Assembly (NCBI RefSeq): GCF_052425735.1
Contig: NC_135769.1
Coordinates: forward strand, 31,310,001 to 31,374,000
Direction: 5' to 3'
Source: Oculina patagonica
Lineage: Eukaryota
Length of the DNA: 64,000 nucleotides
Each line of letters opens with the position of its first letter. Position 1 is the first letter of the stretch. The notes under the pieces were generated by a model. The model had not been told where the DNA came from. It did not search any database and saw nothing but the letters and a program-made list of their open reading frames with translations. The translations under genes and the position numbers were made by a program. This document shows positions 47,778 through 58,865 of the stretch, in pieces.

Positions 47778-48725
47778 CTATTGTTTACAATTGTTAACTT
47801 GCAGGTACTTCATACACAAAATCTCACGCTGTACACAATCACTATACACTTTGCAGATTGAAACATCAAACACACCATCCAATTTTACCAGTTTCTCAAA
47901 ACTTCTTGTCCCTCCACCAACACCAAAATAATGTGTTTTGGCAGCCACATAAGCGATACCATCAGGTTTCTTCAAATGTCTTTTAATAAAATGATACAGC
48001 TTAGCATGAGATTCTACTGCATAAATTGTTTCTGACGTTAGGATTACATCGTACATCATGTCACTGACTAGCTCTGGGTTAATAAAATTGACCACACTTC
48101 CCCAGTCCCCTGAAAAGAAACGACAACATTTCTGCGCACTTCCCAGAAGGTCAAAGGTCGCTGTTTCTAATTGACATTGTTCATTTTGCTGCGCAAGGTT
48201 AAACAATACATTTGGAATCGTGACATACTCGATTACGTCGTCGTTGTAGTCTTGGAAATGAACTTCAGCCCCTTGTAAAAGTGCGTAGATTCCTGGTAGC
48301 CCTGCACCGCATCCTATTTCCAAAACACGCTTCCCTCGAAAGTTCACTCCACTTTCCAACAAATATTCCACCAAATCAATACTACATTCCCATATTTTAA
48401 GGCCTCCTTCATAAACTGAAGGAATCAAGTCAGTGCTATTTTCAGCAGCTGTTACAATATCGTAGCCATGAACGTCCTGCCTGTCTTTAAGACTTTCTTC
48501 CACGTTGGTCTCACTCACATGTTTCATGCGCAAGTGGCCACCGCCAATGGCGGTTTCTTCTACTTTTGATGACAGATACGCATCAAGATTAGATTTAATT
48601 AAAATCTCCTTTGCTTCCCGTACAATTGTAGATTCTTTGGGTAGCTCTGCACGAGTCTCTGACGGAGAAATATCTTCCTCTTCGCCACTGTCTTCGGACG
48701 CAAAATTGAACTTGAAGTCCGCCAT
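47778..48725 (-). CDS. METTL18: Histidine protein methyltransferase 1 homolog (RPL3 His methyltransferase), single exon, 315 aa
   Basis: MADFKFNF start, DLIPSVYEGGLKIWECSIDL, SAM motif VLEIGCGAGLPG, HFQDYN, FFSGDW, DVILTSETIY, AAKTHYFGVGGG. Confidence 0.96.
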   Translation of the reverse strand: MADFKFNFASEDSGEEEDISPSETRAELPKESTIVREAKEILIKSNLDAYLSSKVEETAIGGGHLRMKHVSETNVEESLKDRQDVHGYDIVTAAENSTDLIPSVYEGGLKIWECSIDLVEYLLESGVNFRGKRVLEIGCGAGLPGIYALLQGAEVHFQDYNDDVIEYVTIPNVLFNLAQQNEQCQLETATFDLLGSAQKCCRFFSGDWGSVVNFINPELVSDMMYDVILTSETIYAVESHAKLYHFIKRHLKKPDGIAYVAAKTHYFGVGGGTRSFEKLVKLDGVFDVSICKVYSDCVQREILCMKYLQVNNCKQ

Positions 48726-48928
48726 GTTGTAAATACACTTGGTAACCTCTCCTTATATGAAAGGCTTGGTTTCTCAGGGTGGCGGGAAGGTTTCGTATGT
48801 GGTCGCATGTGCTAAGGATATGTTTAGTTCTTCTTATTATTTTTGTAGCTAGTTTATGTTTCTTCATTTAACTCAACGATAAACAAGAGTAGAGTTAGTG
48901 CTTGACATATTCTTCATGCAGAAGGAAG
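48726..48928. promoter_or_regulatory. Bidirectional promoter interval between METTL18 and PRPSAP
   Basis: 203 bp between divergent start codons; includes a likely PRPSAP 5'UTR intron ending at ...TTCATGCAG (48921). Confidence 0.65.
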
Positions 48929-51900
48929 ATGAATCCCAGTCAAAGCGGATTAATTGTGTTTGCACTAAATTCAAATAAAGACTTGTCAGAGAAGATTGCA
49001 AGGTAAGGCAAGCATATGCTACAAACTTCACTTTTCTCTCGGACATGCTCAATTCAGTGTTGTGTTATAGATGCTCTGGATTATTTTAATTATGTCACCG
49101 TATTGTGGTAACAAATGCCCATTTTCATCGAAACTGATTATGTTATCAATTTGTTCCTCCACAGGAAACTTGGAATTGAGCTGGCCCAATGCATGGTGGG
49201 AAAATTTCAAAACCAAGGTGAAAATGAAAATTCCCTCCCAAAGAATAAAATAGTTACTTCTTATGGAGAGGTTTGACTGTAAAACTAATGGGCTATTTGA
49301 TGAGCTATTTGTGTCTATCCTATTTAGAAACTAAAGTGAGGATAGGAATCTCAGTGCGTGGCAGAGATGTGTATATTATACAGTCTGGACTAGGGTGAGA
49401 GAAACTGATATATAAGGGTGACCCTATTTGGCGGAACAGCGATAGTATATTGCCCTAACCAACAAATAAAAGCAAACCAAATTGAAAGCTTTAACCGCAA
49501 GCCAACTGGGGTGAAGCTTACCACAAACAAACTAGTGACATGCCATCATTCCATTCCAGCAAATAGGGTCACCCATATATAATGTTGTTTGGAATTGCAC
49601 TTGTAAGTGATTGCACATCCAAACTTTCATTGAAGAACTTATTATTATCAGATTATTAGTGGTGAAAAAGTTGTTCCAACAAAAAAAAGTTTCATTTGCT
49701 TAAGTTGGAGCCTTATAAGGTCTTGCAGGTCAAAACTAGCACTCAGAGAAGGTCAAGAAAATAATGTAAGGTATATGTAATTATAATCAAAACTTAAATA
49801 TTTTATTGAGATAACAGTATAAAATGTCTCACTGAAGAATGCAAGGATAACAACATGTATGTTCAGACTAACAGTAAACTGTCTGCATAGATCTACTCAA
49901 AGTTTACACACTTCTGAATAAGACAACCACAACTCAAACTGATCAATATTAAAGTTATGTATTTCCTTTCTAGGGAGAGTCTTGATGTTAATGACGCCCT
50001 GATGGAATTGTTTATTGTGGCTTATGCCTGCAAAACATCCTGTGCAAGAAGAATCATCGGTAAGGCCATACAGCTCAAATTTATCACACAGTAGAATGTT
50101 TTAAGTGTCACTTGGGCGAGAAAGGAGTGTCTTATTGAATATGTTTTTCAGGTGTTATTCCATACTTGCCGTATTCCAAGCAAGCCAAAATGAACAAGAG
50201 AGGGTCCATTCCTTCAAAGCTAGTAGCATCTCTTATGGGCAGAGCAGGTATTTTACGCTACAGTCAGGGTCATGCAATAGCAATAGTTGAAGTACACACT
50301 GTACTGTGTGTTGTAGTTTAAAGTGAATTTTAAGTCAAACTGATTTGAACTAGTTCGATTTGCGTTTTTCTTTGCTCCAGATTTATTAATACCATAACCC
50401 TTAAACAAAAAAAGAAATGCAAATCATACTTATTTGAAATGATTTTGACCTTAACCAGGGCTCGAGACTAACGAGACTAACGGTAGCCAACTAGCCAAAG
50501 GCTACTAAAATTTAGGTTTTGGCTACCAGGTTTAGCATTCCTACTAGCCATTTGGCTAGTGAAAAACTCAGAAAAGTCAACTGTTCTTGATAGAAATCAA
50601 TATACCTGACTAGTGAAAAATTACTTTTGGCTAGTAAAATATGACAGGTCACTAGCCAGTAAATCAGTGAGTTCAAAAGTTAGTCTCAAGCCCTGTTAAC
50701 TGTATTTTAAACTACAACATACACCTTTTTCTAGGACCTTGCATCACACCCATAATCTGCACTTATTGAGTGCAGAGATGCCAACCTAAAAAAATCGAGA
50801 TCCGGGAGACCACCAATTTTGCGAGAAGATACCTCTTCTCAACGCCCAAAACGGCACAAGAGATAGAGCTTCGCCGAGTGATCCACAAAAATGCGTGAAA
50901 TATTTTAAAATTTTCTCCCAGATTTGGCCAAAATAAACGTGAAAACACGCATTTTTAAGAACTTTCCTTCGTATCCGGGAGATTTGACGACCCGTACGAG
51001 AGACCGGGAGATTCGGCCTGTATTCGGGAGACTCCCGGATAATCCGGGAGAGTTGGCATAGATGTGAGTGGTGGGGGACAGGAGGGCAGGAGCCTGGAGA
51101 AAAGGGGTGGGAAGAGCCTGAGAGAGGGTGGGAAGCAGGATTCCTAAAGTGGTGGGGAACCTGGAAAAAATTTGCAACATTTTATAATATTTTGCAATTG
51201 ATGTAGGACTAACAGGAGGGAAACATGCACTATAGGAAGGTGCTGGAGGTGGGATTAAAATGCATGGGAAGCAGGAGTAAAAGGTACAGGAGGCAGGAGG
51301 TTCAGTTCCCCCTGTCCCCCTCCACTATACTGCATCGAAAATTCACACAGGAAAGTATTTTTACATATGGGCTGAGTGAAGCTTTACCTGTGCACCAAAT
51401 GAACAAAAGCCACAGACCTCCAACATCCAGTCCATCCTAACCCTAAAAATAAGAGTTTTATCGAACTACCTTTTTGAGCTTGATTTGATTAGAAATTTGT
51501 GCAACATCTTTGTAAATGTTGAATTTGATACCTGTTGTAAATACATTAACTTGTGGTAATGTGTTTTTTTTTTTGTAGGGCTGCAGGGCCATAGTGGTGT
51601 GATGACTACTATTATTCACCTGTTGGTCAATAATAATTTATTACAAGTGATTTTGTAACCTCTTTTTTCCACAGGACTTACGAATATCATAACAGTTGAT
51701 CTTCATTCCAAGGAGATTCAGGGATTCTATGATGCACCAGTTGACAATCTGCGGGCTTCGCCATTTCTTGTACAATACATCACAGAAAAGGTATTGTTAG
51801 TAGCTCAGTGTTCTTTCAAAGAAATGATGCCCATTTCATAATAATACTAAGTGGAAGGTGCACGAATCAAAACTTTTATTTCTTAACAGTGTGTATGAAG

Positions 51901-54669
51901 AAACCTTAAGTTTAAAGTTACATCATTCATTGGTTAATCAATATTGTTTTTCTGTTTTCTTTTTCCTTTTAATTTCAAGGTTGCTGACTACAGAAATGCT
52001 GTTATAGTCGCAAGGAACCCAGGGTCAGCTATAAGGTACTGTCAAGGAAAACTATTCAGTGGTAATCAGTAATTAAAGGAATAATTCTTGCCCCTATAAA
52101 AAATTACCAGGTAGTACATGTTAAACTCATCGCCAATAGATGAGTGTGAGGATGGTGCCTGAGTCTATGTGGGAGCCGCCAGCAAGCGCGAAAGGTAACC
52201 ATGACAAACCTGTGAGTGGCAACCACCATTAATAACATTATTAAAATCAGTGAGAATAGGCATTATTTTCAAGTTTAAAACAAAATGGCAAACAAATAGT
52301 TTAAAGCAACTTGTAAGGGTGAAACAAGCTTATTTCCTTTTTGACATTGCCTGATATGCAGTTTGCCGATAAATAAACCAGTCTGACTTCAGGAATTATG
52401 GTATTTAAGGGCCACATCTTTTGCTGAGCGTTTGCGGCTTGGATTGGCTGTGATCCATGGTGAACAAAAGGAGCCTGAAAGTGAGCGACTTGATGGCCGT
52501 CAATCACCACCTCCTGCATTAGCCGAGTCACGACGATTTGCGTCTATCAGTATAAATAGCATGGACCTACCAGGTATCAACCTCTTTTCAATCTCTGTTT
52601 GAACATTGATCAAAATCTCAATTCTCTTTCAATACCAATACTTTGTCAATAGGGAATGTACAGATGCAGAGTGGGGTAATGTTACAGTGTAGTGTGCTGG
52701 ACTCATGATTGCGGGTTCCATGTTTGAGCCCAGGGGGAAGGGGGGGTCATTGTGTTTTTCTTCTTTAGAAGACATCTACTCCCAGAGAATGCTGGAGAAT
52801 AATTACTGAAAAATGGGGGGAGCAAGGATGGGGCAGTGGGGAGAGCACTTGCCTCACACCAATGTGGCCCCCCCATGTTTTTGTGCAAAGAAATGGTGGT
52901 ACAAGTATATGTGACTATCCTATCTTATTTCTCCTCTCCTTCCTCCTTCACAGGATTTCTGCCAAAAGCTAAACCGCCAATTAATGTTGTGGGTGATGTA
53001 GGCGGCAAGATTGCCATCATTATTGTGAGTGTCATAATCAACTGCATATGAATGAGCCTGCATACATGTATCTACAGCCTGTACTCATATATATTGTGGT
53101 AGTTCTGTTAAATCTTCTATTATATCCTCTATTTCACTCACTGCAGCAAAAAAAGACTTTCAATAGGAATATATTTTGTCCTTTACTATGAGTAAACTGA
53201 CAACTTTGAAAGATCCCTTTTATTGGAGGTGTCTTTTACGCGTTAAGGTTTGATGTTGATAACAAAACTTTTGTGTGATAGGTGGATTGCATTACCTTGT
53301 GACTGTTTTGTTTTCTTGGTGTTATTGATTTTCACTAAAGTTCTACTGTTTAATATAATTGTAAATGTTAATTATTACTGACTAGTGTCATAGGCCCTTG
53401 ATGTATGCGAAGACGGCTGCATGCTTGTGATACTTGCCAAAATAATTTGGTTTCTTGACTGTTATTGCTTGCAGGATGACATGATAGATGACGCTGAATC
53501 ATTTGTGACTGCTGCCAAGCTTCTAAAAGATCGTGGGGCATATAAGATTTTGGTGATGGTGACTCATGGTCTACTGTCCGCTGATGCTCCAGAACTGATT
53601 GAGGAATCAGTTATTGATGAGGTGCAATACTGTTATAAACATACACATTACAAATGTTACTACGGTTTCATCCACAGACACTAAAATAAGAACGACCCTG
53701 TACAACATAATAAAAATACAGTATCACATTGTCGAAAGTACATACAGTACTGTTCGATTAACAGGGTTAGAAATTAGCGCTTGCTCACTCGCCCAGGCGA
53801 GTGGGAAAACTGTCGGGCGATTACCAATCACAGATCACTCGCCTGGTTTGACGAGTACGATTTTCAATAAATTATTCAAAATAAGCGGAACTTTTACTTT
53901 CCACTTTAAAATAATCTACACTGTCCATAAGCCAATGGCTTACCAACATTTTGAAATCTCCATCAAAGCTATTTGCTTGCAAACTACAGCTATTTGGGAA
54001 TACATATCAGATTAAACCGATTCAACTTTTGATGGAAGTGTGCTCGCGTTTTTATTGTGGAGTAAGGTCTATTTTCGGCGACTTTTCTTTAAGAAATAGG
54101 CTTAGATTGCAGTCTGTATCGTGATCGACCACTACGGTGGCACGGTGAGTATCAAACGTGCTTAAAAATTTAAGTTGTACATTTTATTATTCGTGGGGTG
54201 AGGGAGGCTAAATTTTCCTTTTTTAATGGTGGAGACTGAGCGAGTGAAAACTGATCTGGGCGAGTGCAATTTGAAGGTCACTCGCCCAGATTGCGAGTGC
54301 TCTGAAATTTTAGTTTCCAACTCTGCGGATAGCTTTCATTTGAATGGTCACACACTAAGGTTTTATCCACAGAATTACATGTAAGAGTTAGAACTGAATT
54401 TCTTTACTTAGAAGTTGGCTCTGGAAATGAAAAGAGGGATAAAGTATCGAATGATTGAATAAACAAAGTTTACGAGTTACCCATTGTTTTTTGTTCCTTT
54501 TCCTTATTAGGTCGTGGTCACCAACACTGTTTCTCATGACACTAAGATGTCTCGCTGCAGTAAGATCAGGACAGTGGATATCAGCTCACTGCTGGCTGAA
54601 TCCATCCGCCGTATTAACAATGGAGAGTCAATGGGATATCTGTTTAGAAATGTTCCCCTAGAGGATTAG
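48929..54669 (+). CDS. PRPSAP2: Phosphoribosyl pyrophosphate synthase-associated protein (PRPSAP1/2 co-ortholog), 11 exons, 362 aa
   Basis: Exons 48929-49002, 49165-49217, 49328-49394, 49974-50059, 50152-50247, 51675-51790, 51980-52035, 52410-52573, 52954-53024, 53475-53621, 54511-54669. Diagnostic [39 protein letters not shown] insertion, [12 protein letters not shown] and [10 protein letters not shown] (not the catalytic DTCGT loop). Confidence 0.95.
49416..49574. mobile_element. Small MITE in TA-rich flanks
   Basis: GGGTGACCCTATTTG ... CAAATAGGGTCACCC. Confidence 0.7.
50456..50695. mobile_element. hAT-like MITE (CAGGG...CCCTG), 5-bp TSD TTAAC
   Basis: TTAAC|CAGGGCTCGAGACTAAC ... GTTAGTCTCAAGCCCTG|TTAAC; nested in a TGTTGTAGTTTAAA...TTTAAACTACAACA element (about 50308-50718). 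Confidence 0.8.
50773..51064. mobile_element. MITE, 6-bp TSD TGAGTG
   Basis: TGAGTG|CAGAGATGCCAAC ... GTTGGCATAGATG|TGAGTG; CCGGGAGA subrepeats. Confidence 0.75.
53762..54325. mobile_element. hAT-like MITE (family of 8073-8426)
   Basis: CAGGGTTAGAAATTAGCGC...CTCGCCCAGGCGAGT ... TTAGTTTCCAACTCTG; no clear TSD. Confidence 0.7.
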
Positions 54670-56637
54670 CGCAACCTGCTTTATCGTGTTGTTAATTGAG
54701 GATCGGGGGTACCATCTATGGTTATTCCCAAGGAAATTGACGCTTAGGTTTACCGTCCGGTTTGTCTGATCTTGTGAATTTCATGTGCATAGCAAATCTT
54801 GACTAAAGTGAACGGGTGCTTTTTAAAAAATTATCCTTGATGTCTATAATGTTGATATATGCGTTGTTAAAAAAGTGTTATCCAAATTTTTCTGTAGTGA
54901 GGTAATTATTTAGGTTAAGAATGAAATTCTTTTATAGTGTAACGATCGTTAGGTTCAGAAAGAAATAACGTAAAAAAGATTGCAAATGTCATAATGTTAC
55001 TAGTCGGCTGATATTTTACTCTCATTGTAGTTGATAATGGCAAAAAAGAAAGCCTTAAGATTCAAAAGAGACAGAAGACCCAGGCAACTTTTTCCCTCTT
55101 TGAAACGCTGCGAGTTTACGAAACCACTAGCTATTGGAATAACCATAACCTACCCTTCTGCTCTTCGTTCCTTTGTTGAACTGAAGGGAGCGAATGTGAG
55201 AACACTTTCTCAATTACTATTTATATAATTGATGCAAAATCAATTTTTTCCTGACCCATAATGTCAATATGTTATCAAGCATACTTTTAAGAGATAATCA
55301 CAAAACGGATAACTGTTTTGATATTTAAACAAATTCTCCCTACTATTACTATAAGAAAACATTGAGACTACAAGGGAGAATTTGTGCTAAAGAAAAAAAA
55401 TGCTCACAGTTACTTTATTCTTGCAGTTTGTATGATGGATTAACGATGACGATCTTATAATAGATGTAGCAATTTAGGGAATTAAATGTGCATCACGTTA
55501 ATGCAGGGATGTAGATGTCAAAGAAAAAAGCTTTACATAAACAGGCAATGACAAATTCTGAGCAATCTTTATTTTTTAAGCAGATGATTGATATAACCAG
55601 GTCTCGTATGCCCTGTGAAGGAGAAAGTAAAACTTGTGTTAGCATATCAGTTACCTGTATACGAGAAGCCTTTATTGCAGATTAAAAAAAGAAGTTTACT
55701 ACTTGGTTTTGTAATTGATTGCTGTTTAAAACGATTAGCTGTACACCATCAAGGGCGCTGGGAACGAGAATGTAAACTCAAGCCACATTCTCATCCCCAA
55801 AGCCGCTTGCCCTACTTAGCTGGCAAAGCCAACAACAACAACAAGCCTCATCCCCATGACTCCGATTGGCCGGACGTTGATGGCAGTATTGCAAGGAATT
55901 AAATAAAAAGGAGCCCGGGGGTTATAGTTAGGAAGCGAGCCGTTTTCCAATCCGATAGGCCCACAAGGGCAAGTAAACGTGTATATCAGTCCACAACACC
56001 AAGCGAACCGTTACTACCAAGGAAGCAGAACAGTCCACAACAAGCTTTACTTTTGCCAGGACTACAGCAAAGTATTATCAGTTATATCGGAAATATCGTT
56101 AAATCGAAGATCGTTATACCGGGATTCCACTGTAATCTGTGCAGGGGAAACAAGTGGCTCTGGGGACACATAATTTGATTGGGTAGTTTTCAACAAAGGG
56201 AGTACTCTGGGTGCCAGAGGGTTTTCTTGCGCGGTTTCCGGTGTCAGTGACGTCAGAGAAAAACCCCTCTCGGGAGCCTGTTCGCAGGCTACAAAGGGAG
56301 ATTTAACCGGAGAGAAAGAGAAAGGACAAGGCAAATTTCGGACCTAATCGTATCTATAACAAAATTCTCGATTTTGATTGGTTCTGCGCGCGCCTATTTG
56401 TCGCGTAATCGGCGCGCGATCACGTGGGTGTCCAATTACAGGTGTCCAATTTGAGCAACTTCACATTGGATACCTGTAATTGGACACCTACGCCATTCGC
56501 ACGTCAATCATGCGCATTTGAATGGGTTCTTTTTTGCTGTTTTCCTGCTTTTTGGAAAACCAATTGACTTTACCTTTGACTTTCTCACACAAAAAAGGTT
56601 CTCCAAGACTTCCTAACCTCGAATTTTGTTATTGATA

Positions 56638-56676
<39 letters not shown>

Positions 56677-56680
56677 AGAA

Positions 56681-56715
<35 letters not shown>

Positions 56716-57853
56716 ACGCGCTCTGCCGATTTTCAAATTACTCGCCCAATTACTTTCTGAATTGTACTCCACTCAGTCCAATTACTATTACTTAACCGAT
56801 TTCTCTGATATTTGAAGTAAAAGTCAACTATTATATCCCATGAACATAAGTCTCATTTGTTTGGATGAAATCTTTTATTTTTTATTTTTTCCCACCTTCA
56901 AACTACCCAATTTTGCATTTGTAGACTCTGTAATTTAGCAGTAAATGTACCAAGGCAAAGAAATGTTTTCTACCTCAGGAAAAATTCATTTTAGTCTATA
57001 TGTAAAAGCTTCCCTTAAGCAGCAAGTGATTATTTTCATTTCCCACACTGCGGTAACACAATGTTTGTTTTGTTACGGAACATTTTTGCTAGGAGAAGGA
57101 GTTTCTCTAACCCTAAGGGCATTTCATTCCGAATTTTCAACTGTTTTAATTTTTAACCGATGAAAACTAGCTTATTAGTTGATTATTACCACGTTCTCAA
57201 TTCTGGATCGCTAAAGATATTTCTCCGTCGACTGCAGATCTTGACTGATCAAATTATTTTTTGACTACTAAAGATTCTGAAAGATTGACCTGACTACGGG
57301 CCATTATTTTCGGCTGTAACTCGAAAAAAAATTGAACACTTAATAATTTAAAGTCAGCGGAGAAATATTTTTAGCGGTCGAAAAATTTTGATCAGTTAAG
57401 AACTTATTTTGTTAGTCCGAGAAATTTTCATCGATTAATAATTAAAACTGTTTAATTTCCTTAATGAGATGCCCTTTATAGGGTTAGTAATACTCACTTT
57501 GTTTTTCAATCTGTCAAAAAAAAATGATTTAATTTAAATGGTCGTTTAAAATGCACGAAAAACTCCTGCTCTGTGTACTTTGTTCACAGTCACGTCGTTA
57601 TAATTTGTCGACTGAACTCCTGCTCCTTAGTTAAAACGAGAAAACATGTTTCCAGAAACACCCGTAGCGGGCGCTTATTTACCCAATGTTTCCCAGTTTT
57701 GCCACACAGGAAGCATTGTTTCCAGCGTAATTTTGTTCCCTAGAAGCAAAATTTACTTCTGTTATACACGAAAGAAACATTTCTTGTTTCTGCGCGACAT
57801 AGAAGGCAAAAAAAGGAAACAATTATGGACACATGTTTCCAGCAATGAAACGT

Positions 57854-58694
57854 TATAAATATTTTAATATTATCTTGTTTAACTTATTATGGTATCGGGG
57901 ATTTTGTTTGGGAAATATAATTTATTGTTTTGGAATATCATCTTACGATTTTTGAGGGTTATTTGTTGGTAAAAATAAAAGCTGGTATCTTAGTTAGGGC
58001 TTGTGGCCACCTGCTATGGTTAAGCCACCTGTTGTTTTTAGCGCATTAGTAAACTTGATGTAAACCTCTATAAAGACTTTTAACTATAATGGATATCTGT
58101 TGTAAATAGGATTTCCAGTAAATAATGTCGTACTACCCGATGGCCAGAACCAATGCGGAATATCAGTTGTCACTCGCTAATATTTCGAACGCTTGTTAGT
58201 TTTAGTTTTCCACCTGTTGTTTTAGTCGCCTACGCCCTTCGCTTCAGTTAGCAGGGCTGTGATCTCATTGTTTTTGTTCAGAACTTGGTGCGCTTCGCTT
58301 GGTTCCGACCTAGCCCAAATCTGCCTTCTCTTCAAGTTCATTAGCTATTCATCGTTATAACCAATCCGTTAACTCAAAACTTGTTTAATTATTACTTAGG
58401 TTTTTCTGAGGTAACCACCGTTACCTTCCATTGGTTCTGAGCCTGGAAATTCTATCCTGGACGTGTTAACTTAGCTAAAATTAACGTTGATGCAAGTTCT
58501 GTGATAATCCCTTGTAAAATAACTAATAAATAGAGTTGAGTAGCTGTAAACCGTGAGAGTTAGAAAGAGAAAGGATTGTAAAACCAGAGACAAGTGTATC
58601 ACATTAAAGAAGATCCAGCTAATTCTTTATGTCATGATCTAGCTTGGAGTGTTGGAGTAGAGTCGCTAGTTCCCCAACAAAACTCGCTTCAACA
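57854..58694 (+). mobile_element. Probable solo LTR (about 840 bp), TSD AACGT
   Basis: AACGT|TATAAAT...CTTCAACA|AACGT (the 5' TG appears mutated to TA). It interrupts another repeat whose halves (57630-57853 and 58695-58730) appear to rejoin. Internal AATAAA/ATTAAA near the 3' end; no ORF. Confidence 0.55.
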
Positions 58695-58865
58695 AACGTA
58701 CATCGTCGCTGCAAACATGTCCTTGCTCTGTTTTCTTGTGTGTGTACACATTGTGAGTTTGTACGCCGCAAGTAAGTTGAACAGCTAGCTTTGTCCAATC
58801 ATAATTTTTGCTACTCCTTACATTAAGACCTCATGTCGGAATATTTTTTTTTTTTTTTTTTTCAG

